Assembly: GCF_003668575.1 (NCBI RefSeq)
Contig: NZ_RCVZ01000001.1
Location: 501,046-525,045 of the forward strand
Direction: 5' to 3'
Length of the DNA: 24,000 nt
Source: Falsibacillus albus
Lineage (GTDB): Bacteria; Bacillota; Bacilli; Bacillales; DSM-25281
This document shows positions 6,686 through 14,789 of this stretch, in pieces. The notes beneath the pieces are model-generated. The model saw nothing but the letters and a program-made list of their open reading frames with translations, searched no databases and was not told the DNA's origin. Each line of letters opens with the position of its first letter. Within the stretch, counting starts at the first letter, position 1. The translations under genes and the position numbers were made by a program.

Positions 6686-8173
6686 TTGATTGATTGTCGG
6701 GTGTTTAATGCTCTTGATATGTCAAGTTTGATTAAAAAGAAAGCAATGGAGCGTGAATGGCTCCTGTTGAGGAAGAGATGGGCTCGTAACGGTAGCAAAA
6801 GAGAGCATCTGATGCCCGTCAGAACCGAAACGGAAGCTGAAGGGAACCAGAATCGAGATCTGATGCCCGCCAGGAACGAAACGGAAGCTAAAGGGAATCA
6901 GAACCGAAATCTGGTGCCCGTCAGGAACGAAATGAAAGCTGAAGGGAACCAGAACCGAAATCTGATGCCCGCCAGAACCAAAACCGAAGCTAAAGGGAAT
7001 CAGAATCGAAATCTGATGCCCGCCAGAACCAAAACCGAAGCTAAAGGGAATCAGAACCGAAATCTGGTGCCCGTCAGAACCGAAACGGAAGCTAAAGGGA
7101 ATCAGAACCGAAATCTGATGCCCGTCAGGAACGAAACGGAAGCTAAAGGGAATCAGAACCGAAATCTGGTGCCCGTCAGGAACGAAACGGAAGCTGAAGG
7201 GAACCAGAATCGAGATCTGATGCCCGCCAGGAACGAAACGGAAGCTAAAGGGAATCAGAACCGAAATCTGGTGCCCGTCAGGAACGAAATGAAAGCTGAA
7301 GGGAACCAGAACCGAAATCTGATGCCCGCCAGAACCAAAACCGAAGCTAAAGGGAATCAGAATCGAAATCTGATGCCCGCCAGAACCAAAACCGAAGCTA
7401 AAGGGAATCAGAACCGAAATCTGGTGCCCGTCAGAACCGAAACGGAAGCTAAAGGGAATCAGAGTCGAAATCTGATGCCCGCCAGAACCAAAACCGAAGC
7501 TAAAGGGAATCAGAACCGAAATCTGGTGCCCGTCAGGAACGAAACGGAAGCTGAAGGGAACCAGAATCGAGATCTGGTGCCCGTCAGAACCGAAACGGAA
7601 GCTAAAGGGAATCAGAACCGAAATCTGATGCCCGTCAGGAACGAAACGGAAGCTAAAGGGAATCAGAACCGAAATCTGGTGCCCGTCAGGAACGAAACGG
7701 AAGCTGAAGGGAACCAGAATCGAGATCTGGTGCCCGTCAGAACCGAAACGGAAGCTAAAGGGAATCAGAACCGAAATCTGATGCCCGTCAGGAACGAAAC
7801 GGAAGCTAAAGGGAATCAGAACCGAAATCTGGTGCCCGTCAGGAACGAAACGGAAGCTGAAGGGAACCAGAATCGAGATCTGGTGCCCGTCAGAACGGAA
7901 ACCGAAGCTAACGGGAATCAGAATCGAAATCTGATGCCCGCCAGAACCAAAACCGAAGCTAAAGGGAATCAGAACCGAAATCTGGTGCCCGTCAGGAACG
8001 AAACGGAAGCTAAAGGGAATCAGAATCGAGATCTGGTGCCCGTCAGAACCGAAACGGAAGCTAAAGGGAATCAGAACCGAAATCTGGTGCCCGTCAGGAA
8101 CGAAACGGAAGCTAAAGGGAATCAGGATGGCATTACGCTTTCCATTGCAGATGGCCTCCTTCTTTTATGTTGA
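6686..8173 (+). CDS. Doubtful ORF: hypothetical repetitive protein (17-aa repeat LxPxRxxxxAxGNQNRN x26), possibly just a by-product of the 51-bp array
   Basis: The frame is open for 495 codons. However, there is no SD before TTG 6686, ATG 6719 or ATG 6746, and no signal peptide or TM segment. Most unit variants are non-synonymous, including K/E swaps. An open frame across a 17-codon unit is expected by chance in several of the six frames. Confidence 0.3.
   Translation: MIDCRVFNALDMSSLIKKKAMEREWLLLRKRWARNGSKREHLMPVRTETEAEGNQNRDLMPARNETEAKGNQNRNLVPVRNEMKAEGNQNRNLMPARTKTEAKGNQNRNLMPARTKTEAKGNQNRNLVPVRTETEAKGNQNRNLMPVRNETEAKGNQNRNLVPVRNETEAEGNQNRDLMPARNETEAKGNQNRNLVPVRNEMKAEGNQNRNLMPARTKTEAKGNQNRNLMPARTKTEAKGNQNRNLVPVRTETEAKGNQSRNLMPARTKTEAKGNQNRNLVPVRNETEAEGNQNRDLVPVRTETEAKGNQNRNLMPVRNETEAKGNQNRNLVPVRNETEAEGNQNRDLVPVRTETEAKGNQNRNLMPVRNETEAKGNQNRNLVPVRNETEAEGNQNRDLVPVRTETEANGNQNRNLMPARTKTEAKGNQNRNLVPVRNETEAKGNQNRDLVPVRTETEAKGNQNRNLVPVRNETEAKGNQDGITLSIADGLLLLC
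6809..8125. repeat. Tandem array of ~26 x 51-bp units, perfectly phased, with 357-bp and 153-bp higher-order repeats
   Basis: Unit starts (CTG) fall at 6809+51n, checked at 6860, 7217, 7574 and 8084. There are four main unit types built from about 12 biallelic positions. Confidence 0.97.
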
Positions 8174-8406
8174 CGATGAGGAGTTACAGCCGACGTACAG
8201 GCGTTGAAAGACCATCCAGGTATTCCCACTTTTCCTCATGCAAATCCTCTAGAAAAAACAGCTGCCTTTATAAAGTGTCCTTACAAATAAAGACTTTTCA
8301 AAAAGTGAGAATAGTTCTTTTATTGAAATATCCGTGCGTTGGTTCCTATGTTTATGCTATTATCTTGTTATGAACTCGAGATTATTCTAAAAGGAGTATT
8401 GAAATA

Positions 8407-8793
8407 ATGAAAAGACGTACTGCGCGTGAAAAGGCGCTTCAAGCATTGTTCCAAATGGATGCGAATGATATCCAGGCGGACGAAGCCATTTCCAATGTAT
8501 TGGAAGATAAACCGAATGACGAATACCTTCAGAAATTGGTGGCAGGGACCATTGAACATAAAAGCGAGATTGATCAAACGATCCAAAAACATTTAGAAAA
8601 ATGGAAACTTGGGCGGCTTGCGAAAGTGGATCGGAATATCCTTAGACTCGGTGTATTTGAAATGTACTATATGGAGGACCTTCCAAAGAATGTTGCCATC
8701 AACGAAGCGATTGAAATAGCGAAAACATTCGGTGATGATCAGTCAAGTAAATTCATCAATGGAGTACTCTCCAAAATAAAGGATTCTTTATAA
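8407..8793 (+). CDS. nusB: Transcription antitermination factor NusB
   Basis: The 128-aa product begins MKRRTAREKALQALFQ, the canonical NusB N-terminus. A GGAG SD lies 10 nt upstream. Confidence 0.95.
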   Translation: MKRRTAREKALQALFQMDANDIQADEAISNVLEDKPNDEYLQKLVAGTIEHKSEIDQTIQKHLEKWKLGRLAKVDRNILRLGVFEMYYMEDLPKNVAINEAIEIAKTFGDDQSSKFINGVLSKIKDSL

Positions 8794-9035
8794 GAGAACG
8801 GGGTCCATTCATAAAGAATTACTGCAGCTTAAGCGTCTAACGACATCGAAGCGGTAGCATGATAGAAGCGTTTAGGGCTGTTCCGCTGGTGCCTGGCTTC
8901 TCCTATAAAGCTCTATATAGTAGAAGTGCGAGCCGATGGCATTCTACTAAATATGGTTTAGGAGTCGCCCGGCACTTTCTTTATGGACAGATCCTTTCTT
9001 TTTCGGGCAAAATTTCTTTATGAAGGGTGTAATAG

Positions 9036-10397
9036 ATGACCGAGAATCGATATTTAACGATAAGAGCATTAACCAAATACATAAAACGAAAATTCGATGC
9101 CGATCCCTATTTGAAAGATGTATATGTGAAAGGGGAAATATCGAATTTTAAACAACATTCCAGCGGGCATATGTACTTTACATTGAAGGATGAAAATGCT
9201 CGCATATTATCCGTCATGTTTTCCTCCGCAAATCGATCAATGAAGTTTTCCCCTGAAAATGGCATGAATGTCCTGGTCAGAGGGGATGTTTCTGTTTTTG
9301 AGTCGAGTGGACAGTATCAGCTATATGTCAAAGAAATGCAGCCCGATGGAATCGGGGAGCTTTTTTTGGCTTACGAACAGCTGAAAGCAAAGCTCGAGAA
9401 GGAAGGCCTTTTTGATGCTGCCAGGAAAAGAAAGCTTCCGATGTATCCGAAAGCGATTGGCGTCATAACTTCTCCTACTGGGGCAGCTGTGCGGGATATC
9501 ATTACCACCATTCAGCGAAGGTATCCGATTGGCAAAGTACTGGTCATCCCTGCACTCGTGCAAGGACAGCAGTCTGCTGCATCCATTGTGGAGGCCATCG
9601 AAAAAGCCAATCAAATGGAAGGACTGGACGTATTGATTGTCGGCAGGGGCGGGGGTTCAATCGAAGAGCTCTGGTCATTTAATGAAGAAGCTGTGGCAAG
9701 GGCGATCTACCAATCAGCCCTTCCCGTCATCTCTGCTGTCGGACACGAAACAGATTTTACAATCGCTGATTTTGTAGCGGATATGAGAGCTCCCACTCCT
9801 ACCGGGGCAGCGGAATTGGCTGTCCCGCACATAGAGGAAATCATTGAACGCGTCATGAATCTGCAAATGAGGCTTGCCAGAGTGATGAGGCAGCAAGTGG
9901 ATGCGCGGAAAAAGGAATTGGACAATCTTCAGCGCAGCTATGCCTTCCGCAATCCTATGAAGCTTTACGAACAAAAGATGGAGGAAGTCGATCGGCTCAC
10001 AGAAAGACTCATCAGGGAAAAGAACATTCTCTTTGCTTCATTTCAGGACCAATTAAAAAACATGGAATCGAGGCTGCAGCGGAGCCATCCATCCGGCAAA
10101 CTTGACCAACATAAAGAAAAATACAAGCATTTGAATAGATGGCTGCAAAAGTACATCCAAGATATATATAAAGAGAAAGTCCAAGCATTGAATCAAAGCA
10201 TTTCCACACTGAAGGCGATGAATCCATTGAATATCATGGAGAGAGGCTACAGCGTTGCCTATAATGAAAAGCAGGAAGTGATCAAATCCACTGCACAGGT
10301 CAGTGAAGGAGACCATATCAGGCTGCACCTGAAGGATGGAAGATTGGTTTGCTCGATTGAAAATATAGAGGAGGAAAGTGAACATGAAAGAAACTGA
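9036..10397 (+). CDS. xseA: Exodeoxyribonuclease VII large subunit
   Basis: The 453-aa product has an N-terminal OB-fold region and the GRGGGS motif. It overlaps xseB, as is typical. Confidence 0.95.
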   Translation: MTENRYLTIRALTKYIKRKFDADPYLKDVYVKGEISNFKQHSSGHMYFTLKDENARILSVMFSSANRSMKFSPENGMNVLVRGDVSVFESSGQYQLYVKEMQPDGIGELFLAYEQLKAKLEKEGLFDAARKRKLPMYPKAIGVITSPTGAAVRDIITTIQRRYPIGKVLVIPALVQGQQSAASIVEAIEKANQMEGLDVLIVGRGGGSIEELWSFNEEAVARAIYQSALPVISAVGHETDFTIADFVADMRAPTPTGAAELAVPHIEEIIERVMNLQMRLARVMRQQVDARKKELDNLQRSYAFRNPMKLYEQKMEEVDRLTERLIREKNILFASFQDQLKNMESRLQRSHPSGKLDQHKEKYKHLNRWLQKYIQDIYKEKVQALNQSISTLKAMNPLNIMERGYSVAYNEKQEVIKSTAQVSEGDHIRLHLKDGRLVCSIENIEEESEHERN

Positions 10398-10611
10398 ACT
10401 TACTTTTGAACAAGCGATGGAACAGTTGGAAACTATCGTGCAAAAACTCGAAGAAGGAGATGTGCCTCTTGAGGAAGCGATCTCCATTTATCAAAAAGGC
10501 ATGGAGCTTTCAAAGATGTGTCATGATAAATTAAAAAATGTCGAAGATCAATTGACAAAAATTTTGACGGGTGATGAAGAAAAAGATTTCTCTCTTCAAG
10601 AGGAGGAATAA
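10384..10611 (+). CDS. xseB: Exodeoxyribonuclease VII small subunit
   Basis: [28 protein letters not shown] is the canonical XseB sequence. ATG 10384 is preferred over GTG 10378 because the GGAGG at 10370-10374 is 9 nt upstream. Confidence 0.9.
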   Translation: MKETELTFEQAMEQLETIVQKLEEGDVPLEEAISIYQKGMELSKMCHDKLKNVEDQLTKILTGDEEKDFSLQEEE

Positions 10612-10613
10612 TT

Positions 10614-11501
10614 TTGTTCCAGCAATCATTGAAAGAATTCATGTCGGCCCACAGAGATGTGGTCGAGAAAGAAATGAACAAAAAAATCTCGGGATTGGCG
10701 GCTCCGGAAATCATGAAAGAGGCAATGACCTATTCGCTGCAGGCGGGTGGAAAAAGGCTAAGGCCCATCCTGCTGCTTGCGACCCTCTCTGCCTATGGGG
10801 AGAAGCTCGGAAAGGGGTTAGCGGCAGCCTGCGCATTGGAGATGATCCATACATATTCCCTCATTCATGATGATCTTCCAAGCATGGACAATGATGACCT
10901 TCGCAGGGGGAAGCCGACGAATCATAAAGTATTCGGCGAAGCATTTGCCATTCTTGCCGGGGATGCATTGCTTACATATAGTTTTCAGATCCTTGCAGCC
11001 GATGAGGAAAATACACCGGAAATAAAAATCCGGCTGGTAGAACTGCTGAGCAAATGTTCGGGTGCAGAAGGGATGGTTGGAGGTCAGGCGGCAGACCTTC
11101 AAGGTGAAAATCGGTCATTGACACTCGAGGAATTGGAGTATATCCATTTAAATAAAACGGGTAAACTGCTCATGTTCAGTGTGGTGGCTGGTGCCATCAT
11201 AGCAGGCGCAAGCAGCAAGGAGCTCCAATTATTTGAAGCGTTTGCGCTGCATCTTGGACTGGCTTTTCAAATACAGGATGACATTTTGGACATAGAAGGA
11301 GACGTATCTAAAATCGGCAAACCGATTGGGAGCGATACAACGAATCATAAGAGCACCTACCCTGCATTGCTGACCATGGATGGAGCTAAGGAAAAGCTGA
11401 AAGAACACGTGGCAGAAGCAAAGAAAATGCTGGCTCAAACACGATTGGATATCGGATTATTGGAGGAAATCACCGATTTGGTCGCGCAAAGGGATCATTA
11501 A
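10614..11501 (+). CDS. ispA: Farnesyl diphosphate synthase (polyprenyl synthetase family)
   Basis: Both aspartate-rich motifs are present (LIHDDLPSMDNDDLRRG and FQIQDDILD). It has a TTG start 7 nt after a GGAGG SD, and the position after xseB is conserved. Confidence 0.92.
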   Translation: MFQQSLKEFMSAHRDVVEKEMNKKISGLAAPEIMKEAMTYSLQAGGKRLRPILLLATLSAYGEKLGKGLAAACALEMIHTYSLIHDDLPSMDNDDLRRGKPTNHKVFGEAFAILAGDALLTYSFQILAADEENTPEIKIRLVELLSKCSGAEGMVGGQAADLQGENRSLTLEELEYIHLNKTGKLLMFSVVAGAIIAGASSKELQLFEAFALHLGLAFQIQDDILDIEGDVSKIGKPIGSDTTNHKSTYPALLTMDGAKEKLKEHVAEAKKMLAQTRLDIGLLEEITDLVAQRDH

Positions 11502-11590
11502 TGATCGATCCTTCTATAAAGGTTGTTTCTCAAAGATTGTTGCTTCAGTGGATGTGCAGCGTCGGAATAGACGCAATCACAGATTATCGT

Positions 11591-11629
11591 TTGAGCGTAT
11601 GAAATAACCTATGGTATAATAAGTATAAT
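11591..11629 (+). promoter_or_regulatory. Candidate sigma-A promoter upstream of the OLE-like RNA (TTGAGC-18-TGgTATAAT, second TATAAT at 11624-11629)
   Basis: The -35 TTGAGC is at 11591-11596. The extended -10 has TG at 11612-11613 and TATAAT at 11615-11620. Confidence 0.4.
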
Positions 11630-12235
11630 GATAGATGGATGGTGCAGTATTCTAGTCGACCTACCATTCTTGAAGGTGGGCCTAAAAATCCACTAAAGGG
11701 CACATCGATGAAGTTCCTGGTTTTGGCTTGGGGAGCCCAGCCTTGGGTCAAAGCTGGGAGTAAAGCTTAAGGGCGATCCACAATGGCATGTGGGCGATGA
11801 CCCTTAAGCTGCGGAGGCTTCGTATCTAGCGCTGGCAATATGCATGTGCAATAGTGCGGAGTATGAACCTGTGATGTGGTCAAAGGGTATCACTAGCAGC
11901 GTAGCCTGCCTTGAGTGAAGTTTGAGGGGATTATGGTAACAAAGCACACATCAGTTGGCCATTGATATGTACTTTTTCGCCCATATGAAATCGGCTTTGC
12001 AAAAGAGGCTAAGGAATGGTTAAAGGTTGTTGAGGAAATCTCCTAGGCTGTTTCTATCTGAACATATTTAGGGGATTATAGTGCGGACTAAGTGGTAATC
12101 CAGTCTAACTGCTGGTGACACAGTTAAGATGCCTTTAAAGGGAAACCGCCGGCTTGGCAACATCCGGTATGCATCTGGGAAAACCTACTGGACCTAAGCC
12201 GCAATCTTAACCCTGCATATGACCATCCATTTTTA
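11630..12235 (+). ncRNA. ole: OLE (ornate, large, extremophilic) RNA candidate; ends approximate
   Basis: This gap of about 750 bp has no ORF of 60 aa or more on either strand. It lies in the diagnostic ispA / ole / oapA / dxs context. A long-range closing helix pairs 11635-11647 (ATGGATGGTGCAG) with 12213-12230 (CTGC..ACCATCCAT). A 10-bp helix pairs 11764-11773 with 11801-11810, and there are many further local helices. The length of about 600 nt matches the published size of about 610 nt. Confidence 0.75.
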
Positions 12236-12257
12236 ATCATATTGACACAAGAAATCG

Positions 12258-12884
12258 GTGATTGATAAATATATGAGAGATATAATGATAAACTCAATAA
12301 AATGGAGTATCAGCATTGCCGTTATCACTTTTGTGTTAGCGGCTATTTTTTCAATAGCATCAAACGGCATCCTTCATGGGGTTGCCTGGGGTACTGGATT
12401 GATTGTCGTTTTGATCATTGTCTTTATCGGTATTTTCTTTGATATGATCGGGATCGCCGCAACGGCAGCAGATGAAGTCCCTTTTCATGCGATGGCCTCA
12501 AAAAAAGTGTATGGAGCGAAGCATTCCATCAACATCGTACGCAATGCCGACCGATTTGCAAGCTTTTGTAATGATGTAATAGGCGATGTTTCGGGTATTA
12601 TAAGTGGTACAGCCACTACAATTGTCATCATCCAGCTCACGGTGAATCTGAAGCTTGGCCAAAGCTCTTATATCGATTATATGATCAATGTTACATTAAC
12701 AAGTTTCATCGCCGCGCTGACCGTTGGCGGGAAAGCCTTTGGAAAATCCTTTGCGATTCGCTATTCTCGTGATATTATTTTTCAGGTCGGGAAAGTTTTA
12801 CAATTTCTTGAGGAAAAATTTCATATCGCTATAATAAAAGATAAAAAGTCGAAAAAGAAATCAACTATTAACAGACGAAAGTGA
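12258..12884 (+). CDS. oapA: OLE-associated membrane protein OapA candidate (small 4-TM protein, basic C-terminal tail); start uncertain (GTG 12258, ATG 12273 or ATG 12285)
   Basis: It lies immediately downstream of the OLE-like RNA and upstream of dxs. It has four hydrophobic segments, two related motifs (FDMIGIAATAAD and NDVIGDVSGIISG, the latter D-x-x-x-D), and a KKSKKKSTINRRK tail. Confidence 0.72.
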   Translation: MIDKYMRDIMINSIKWSISIAVITFVLAAIFSIASNGILHGVAWGTGLIVVLIIVFIGIFFDMIGIAATAADEVPFHAMASKKVYGAKHSINIVRNADRFASFCNDVIGDVSGIISGTATTIVIIQLTVNLKLGQSSYIDYMINVTLTSFIAALTVGGKAFGKSFAIRYSRDIIFQVGKVLQFLEEKFHIAIIKDKKSKKKSTINRRK

Positions 12885-12894
12885 GTGATCCGTG

Positions 12895-14787
12895 ATGGAT
12901 CTGTTAGAAATAAAAGACCCTGGGTTTTTAAAGAACATGACCAATAGCCAGCTGGAAGGACTAAGCAAGGAAATTCGCCAGTTCTTGATTGAAAAGCTAT
13001 CCGTTACCGGCGGCCATATCGGCCCGAACCTTGGGGTGGTGGAGCTTACACTTGCCCTACATAAGTGTTTTGACAGCCCAAAGGACAAGATGATCTGGGA
13101 CGTGGGACACCAGTCCTATGTCCATAAAATATTGACTGGACGCGCCGGTGAATTTGACACCTTGCGTCAATACAAAGGTCTTTGCGGGTTCCCGAAACGA
13201 AATGAGAGTGAGCATGATGTATGGGAGACCGGGCATAGTTCCACATCTCTCTCTGCTGCCATGGGCATGGCAATCGCGAGGGATTTGAAAAAGGAAAAAT
13301 CATATATTCTACCAATTATCGGCGATGGGGCCCTTACAGGTGGAATGGCGCTCGAAGCACTGAATCATATCGGTGATGAGAAGAAAAATATGATCGTCGT
13401 CTTGAATGATAATGAAATGTCGATTGCCCCGAATGTAGGGGCATTGCACAAAGTGCTCGGGAAACTTCGTACAGCAGGTAAGTACCATTGGGCAAAGGAT
13501 GAGTTGGAGTACTTGCTGAAGAAAATCCCGGCAGTCGGCGGAAAGCTTGCCACTACAGCGGAGCGGATCAAGGATAGCCTAAAATATTTCCTTGTTTCGG
13601 GAATGTTCTTTGAAGACCTTGGGTTCACTTACTTGGGACCAGTGGATGGGCATAATTTTGAAGATTTATTTGAGAACATACAATATGCGAAGAAGACAGA
13701 AGGTCCCGTCCTCCTTCATGTCCTAACAAAGAAGGGGAAGGGATTTGACCCTGCTGAGTCGGATACAGTCGGCACTTGGCATGGTACAGGGCCTTATAAA
13801 ATCGATACCGGTGACCTTATTAAGCCCGTCAATGCTCCTCCTGCCTGGAGCAAATTGGTAAGTGAAACGGTCCGCAAGCTGGCGAGGACCGACGAACGCA
13901 TTGTTGCGATCACACCTGCGATGCCGGTCGGATCAAAGCTGGAAGGATTTGCTCAGGAATTTCCTGATAGGATGTATGATGTCGGGATAGCCGAGCAGCA
14001 CGCCGCAACGGTTGCGGCTGGATTGGCCACTCAGGATATGAAGCCATTCCTTGCCATTTATTCCACCTTTCTTCAACGTGCCTATGATCAAGTGGTCCAT
14101 GATATTTGCCGTCAAAATTTGAACGTGTTCATCGGAATCGACCGGGCAGGATTGGTCGGGGCAGATGGAGAGACGCATCAAGGCGTTTTTGATATTGCCT
14201 TTTTAAGACATTTGCCGAATATGGTATTAATGATGCCAAAGGATGAAAATGAAGGACAGCATATGGTCAATACCGCTATAAAATATGATGCTGGACCAAT
14301 CGCGATGCGCTTTCCACGCGGAAATGGCTATGGCGTGCCAATGGATTCGTCTCTCAAAGAGATACCGATCGGTTCATGGGAAGTATTGAGAAAAGGAACG
14401 GATGCGGCGATCCTAACGTTTGGAACGACGATCCCTATGGCGATGGAGGCTGCCGATCAATTGGAAAGCAGCGGAATTTCGGTTAAAGTCATCAATGCAA
14501 GATTCATCAAACCACTCGATGAGAAAATGCTGACTGAACTATTGTCTCAGGAAATGCCGATATTGACGATTGAGGAAGCCGTCCTTCAAGGGGGATTTGG
14601 AAGTGCTGTCCTGGAATTTGCCCATGATCATGGTTATCATCATGCAGCGATTGACAGAATGGGCATACCTGATTGCTTTATTGAACACGGCAGCGTTGGC
14701 AAACTCTTGGAAGAGATCGGGCTTACTTCTGAGCAGGTAGCCTTGAAGATACAAACAATGACACCAAAAAAACAAAAAAGGGCTTAA
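12895..14787 (+). CDS. dxs: 1-deoxy-D-xylulose-5-phosphate synthase
   Basis: It is near-colinear with remembered B. subtilis Dxs (MDLLSIQDPSFLKNM.., [22 protein letters not shown]). ATG 12895 is preferred over GTG 12892. Confidence 0.97.
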   Translation: MDLLEIKDPGFLKNMTNSQLEGLSKEIRQFLIEKLSVTGGHIGPNLGVVELTLALHKCFDSPKDKMIWDVGHQSYVHKILTGRAGEFDTLRQYKGLCGFPKRNESEHDVWETGHSSTSLSAAMGMAIARDLKKEKSYILPIIGDGALTGGMALEALNHIGDEKKNMIVVLNDNEMSIAPNVGALHKVLGKLRTAGKYHWAKDELEYLLKKIPAVGGKLATTAERIKDSLKYFLVSGMFFEDLGFTYLGPVDGHNFEDLFENIQYAKKTEGPVLLHVLTKKGKGFDPAESDTVGTWHGTGPYKIDTGDLIKPVNAPPAWSKLVSETVRKLARTDERIVAITPAMPVGSKLEGFAQEFPDRMYDVGIAEQHAATVAAGLATQDMKPFLAIYSTFLQRAYDQVVHDICRQNLNVFIGIDRAGLVGADGETHQGVFDIAFLRHLPNMVLMMPKDENEGQHMVNTAIKYDAGPIAMRFPRGNGYGVPMDSSLKEIPIGSWEVLRKGTDAAILTFGTTIPMAMEAADQLESSGISVKVINARFIKPLDEKMLTELLSQEMPILTIEEAVLQGGFGSAVLEFAHDHGYHHAAIDRMGIPDCFIEHGSVGKLLEEIGLTSEQVALKIQTMTPKKQKRA

Positions 14788-14789
14788 GG

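Noticed and set aside
6686-6810. A promoter or RBS for the + strand repeat ORF
   Set aside because: The TTGATT motifs at 6686-6695 have no correctly spaced -10 element; TTTAAT at 6704-6709 is only 8-12 nt away. None of the candidate starts (TTG 6686, ATG 6719, ATG 6746) has an SD. Without these signals I kept the CDS call at low confidence.
6809-8125. The 51-bp array as a CRISPR locus
   Set aside because: The whole 51-bp unit repeats contiguously. There are no unique spacers alternating with a constant repeat, no leader, and no cas genes in the window.
8167-8592. Track ORFs 8167-8373 (+) and 8368-8592 (-)
   Set aside because: The first lies in the nusB upstream spacer. It has no SD and a low-complexity S/R/K-rich product. 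The second is antisense to nusB.
10571-10870. Track ORF 10571-10870 (+), 99 aa
   Set aside because: It is out of frame with, and overlaps, the xseB 3' end and the ispA 5' end. Both of those genes have strong homology and SD sites, and this ORF's product is arginine/glycine-rich nonsense.
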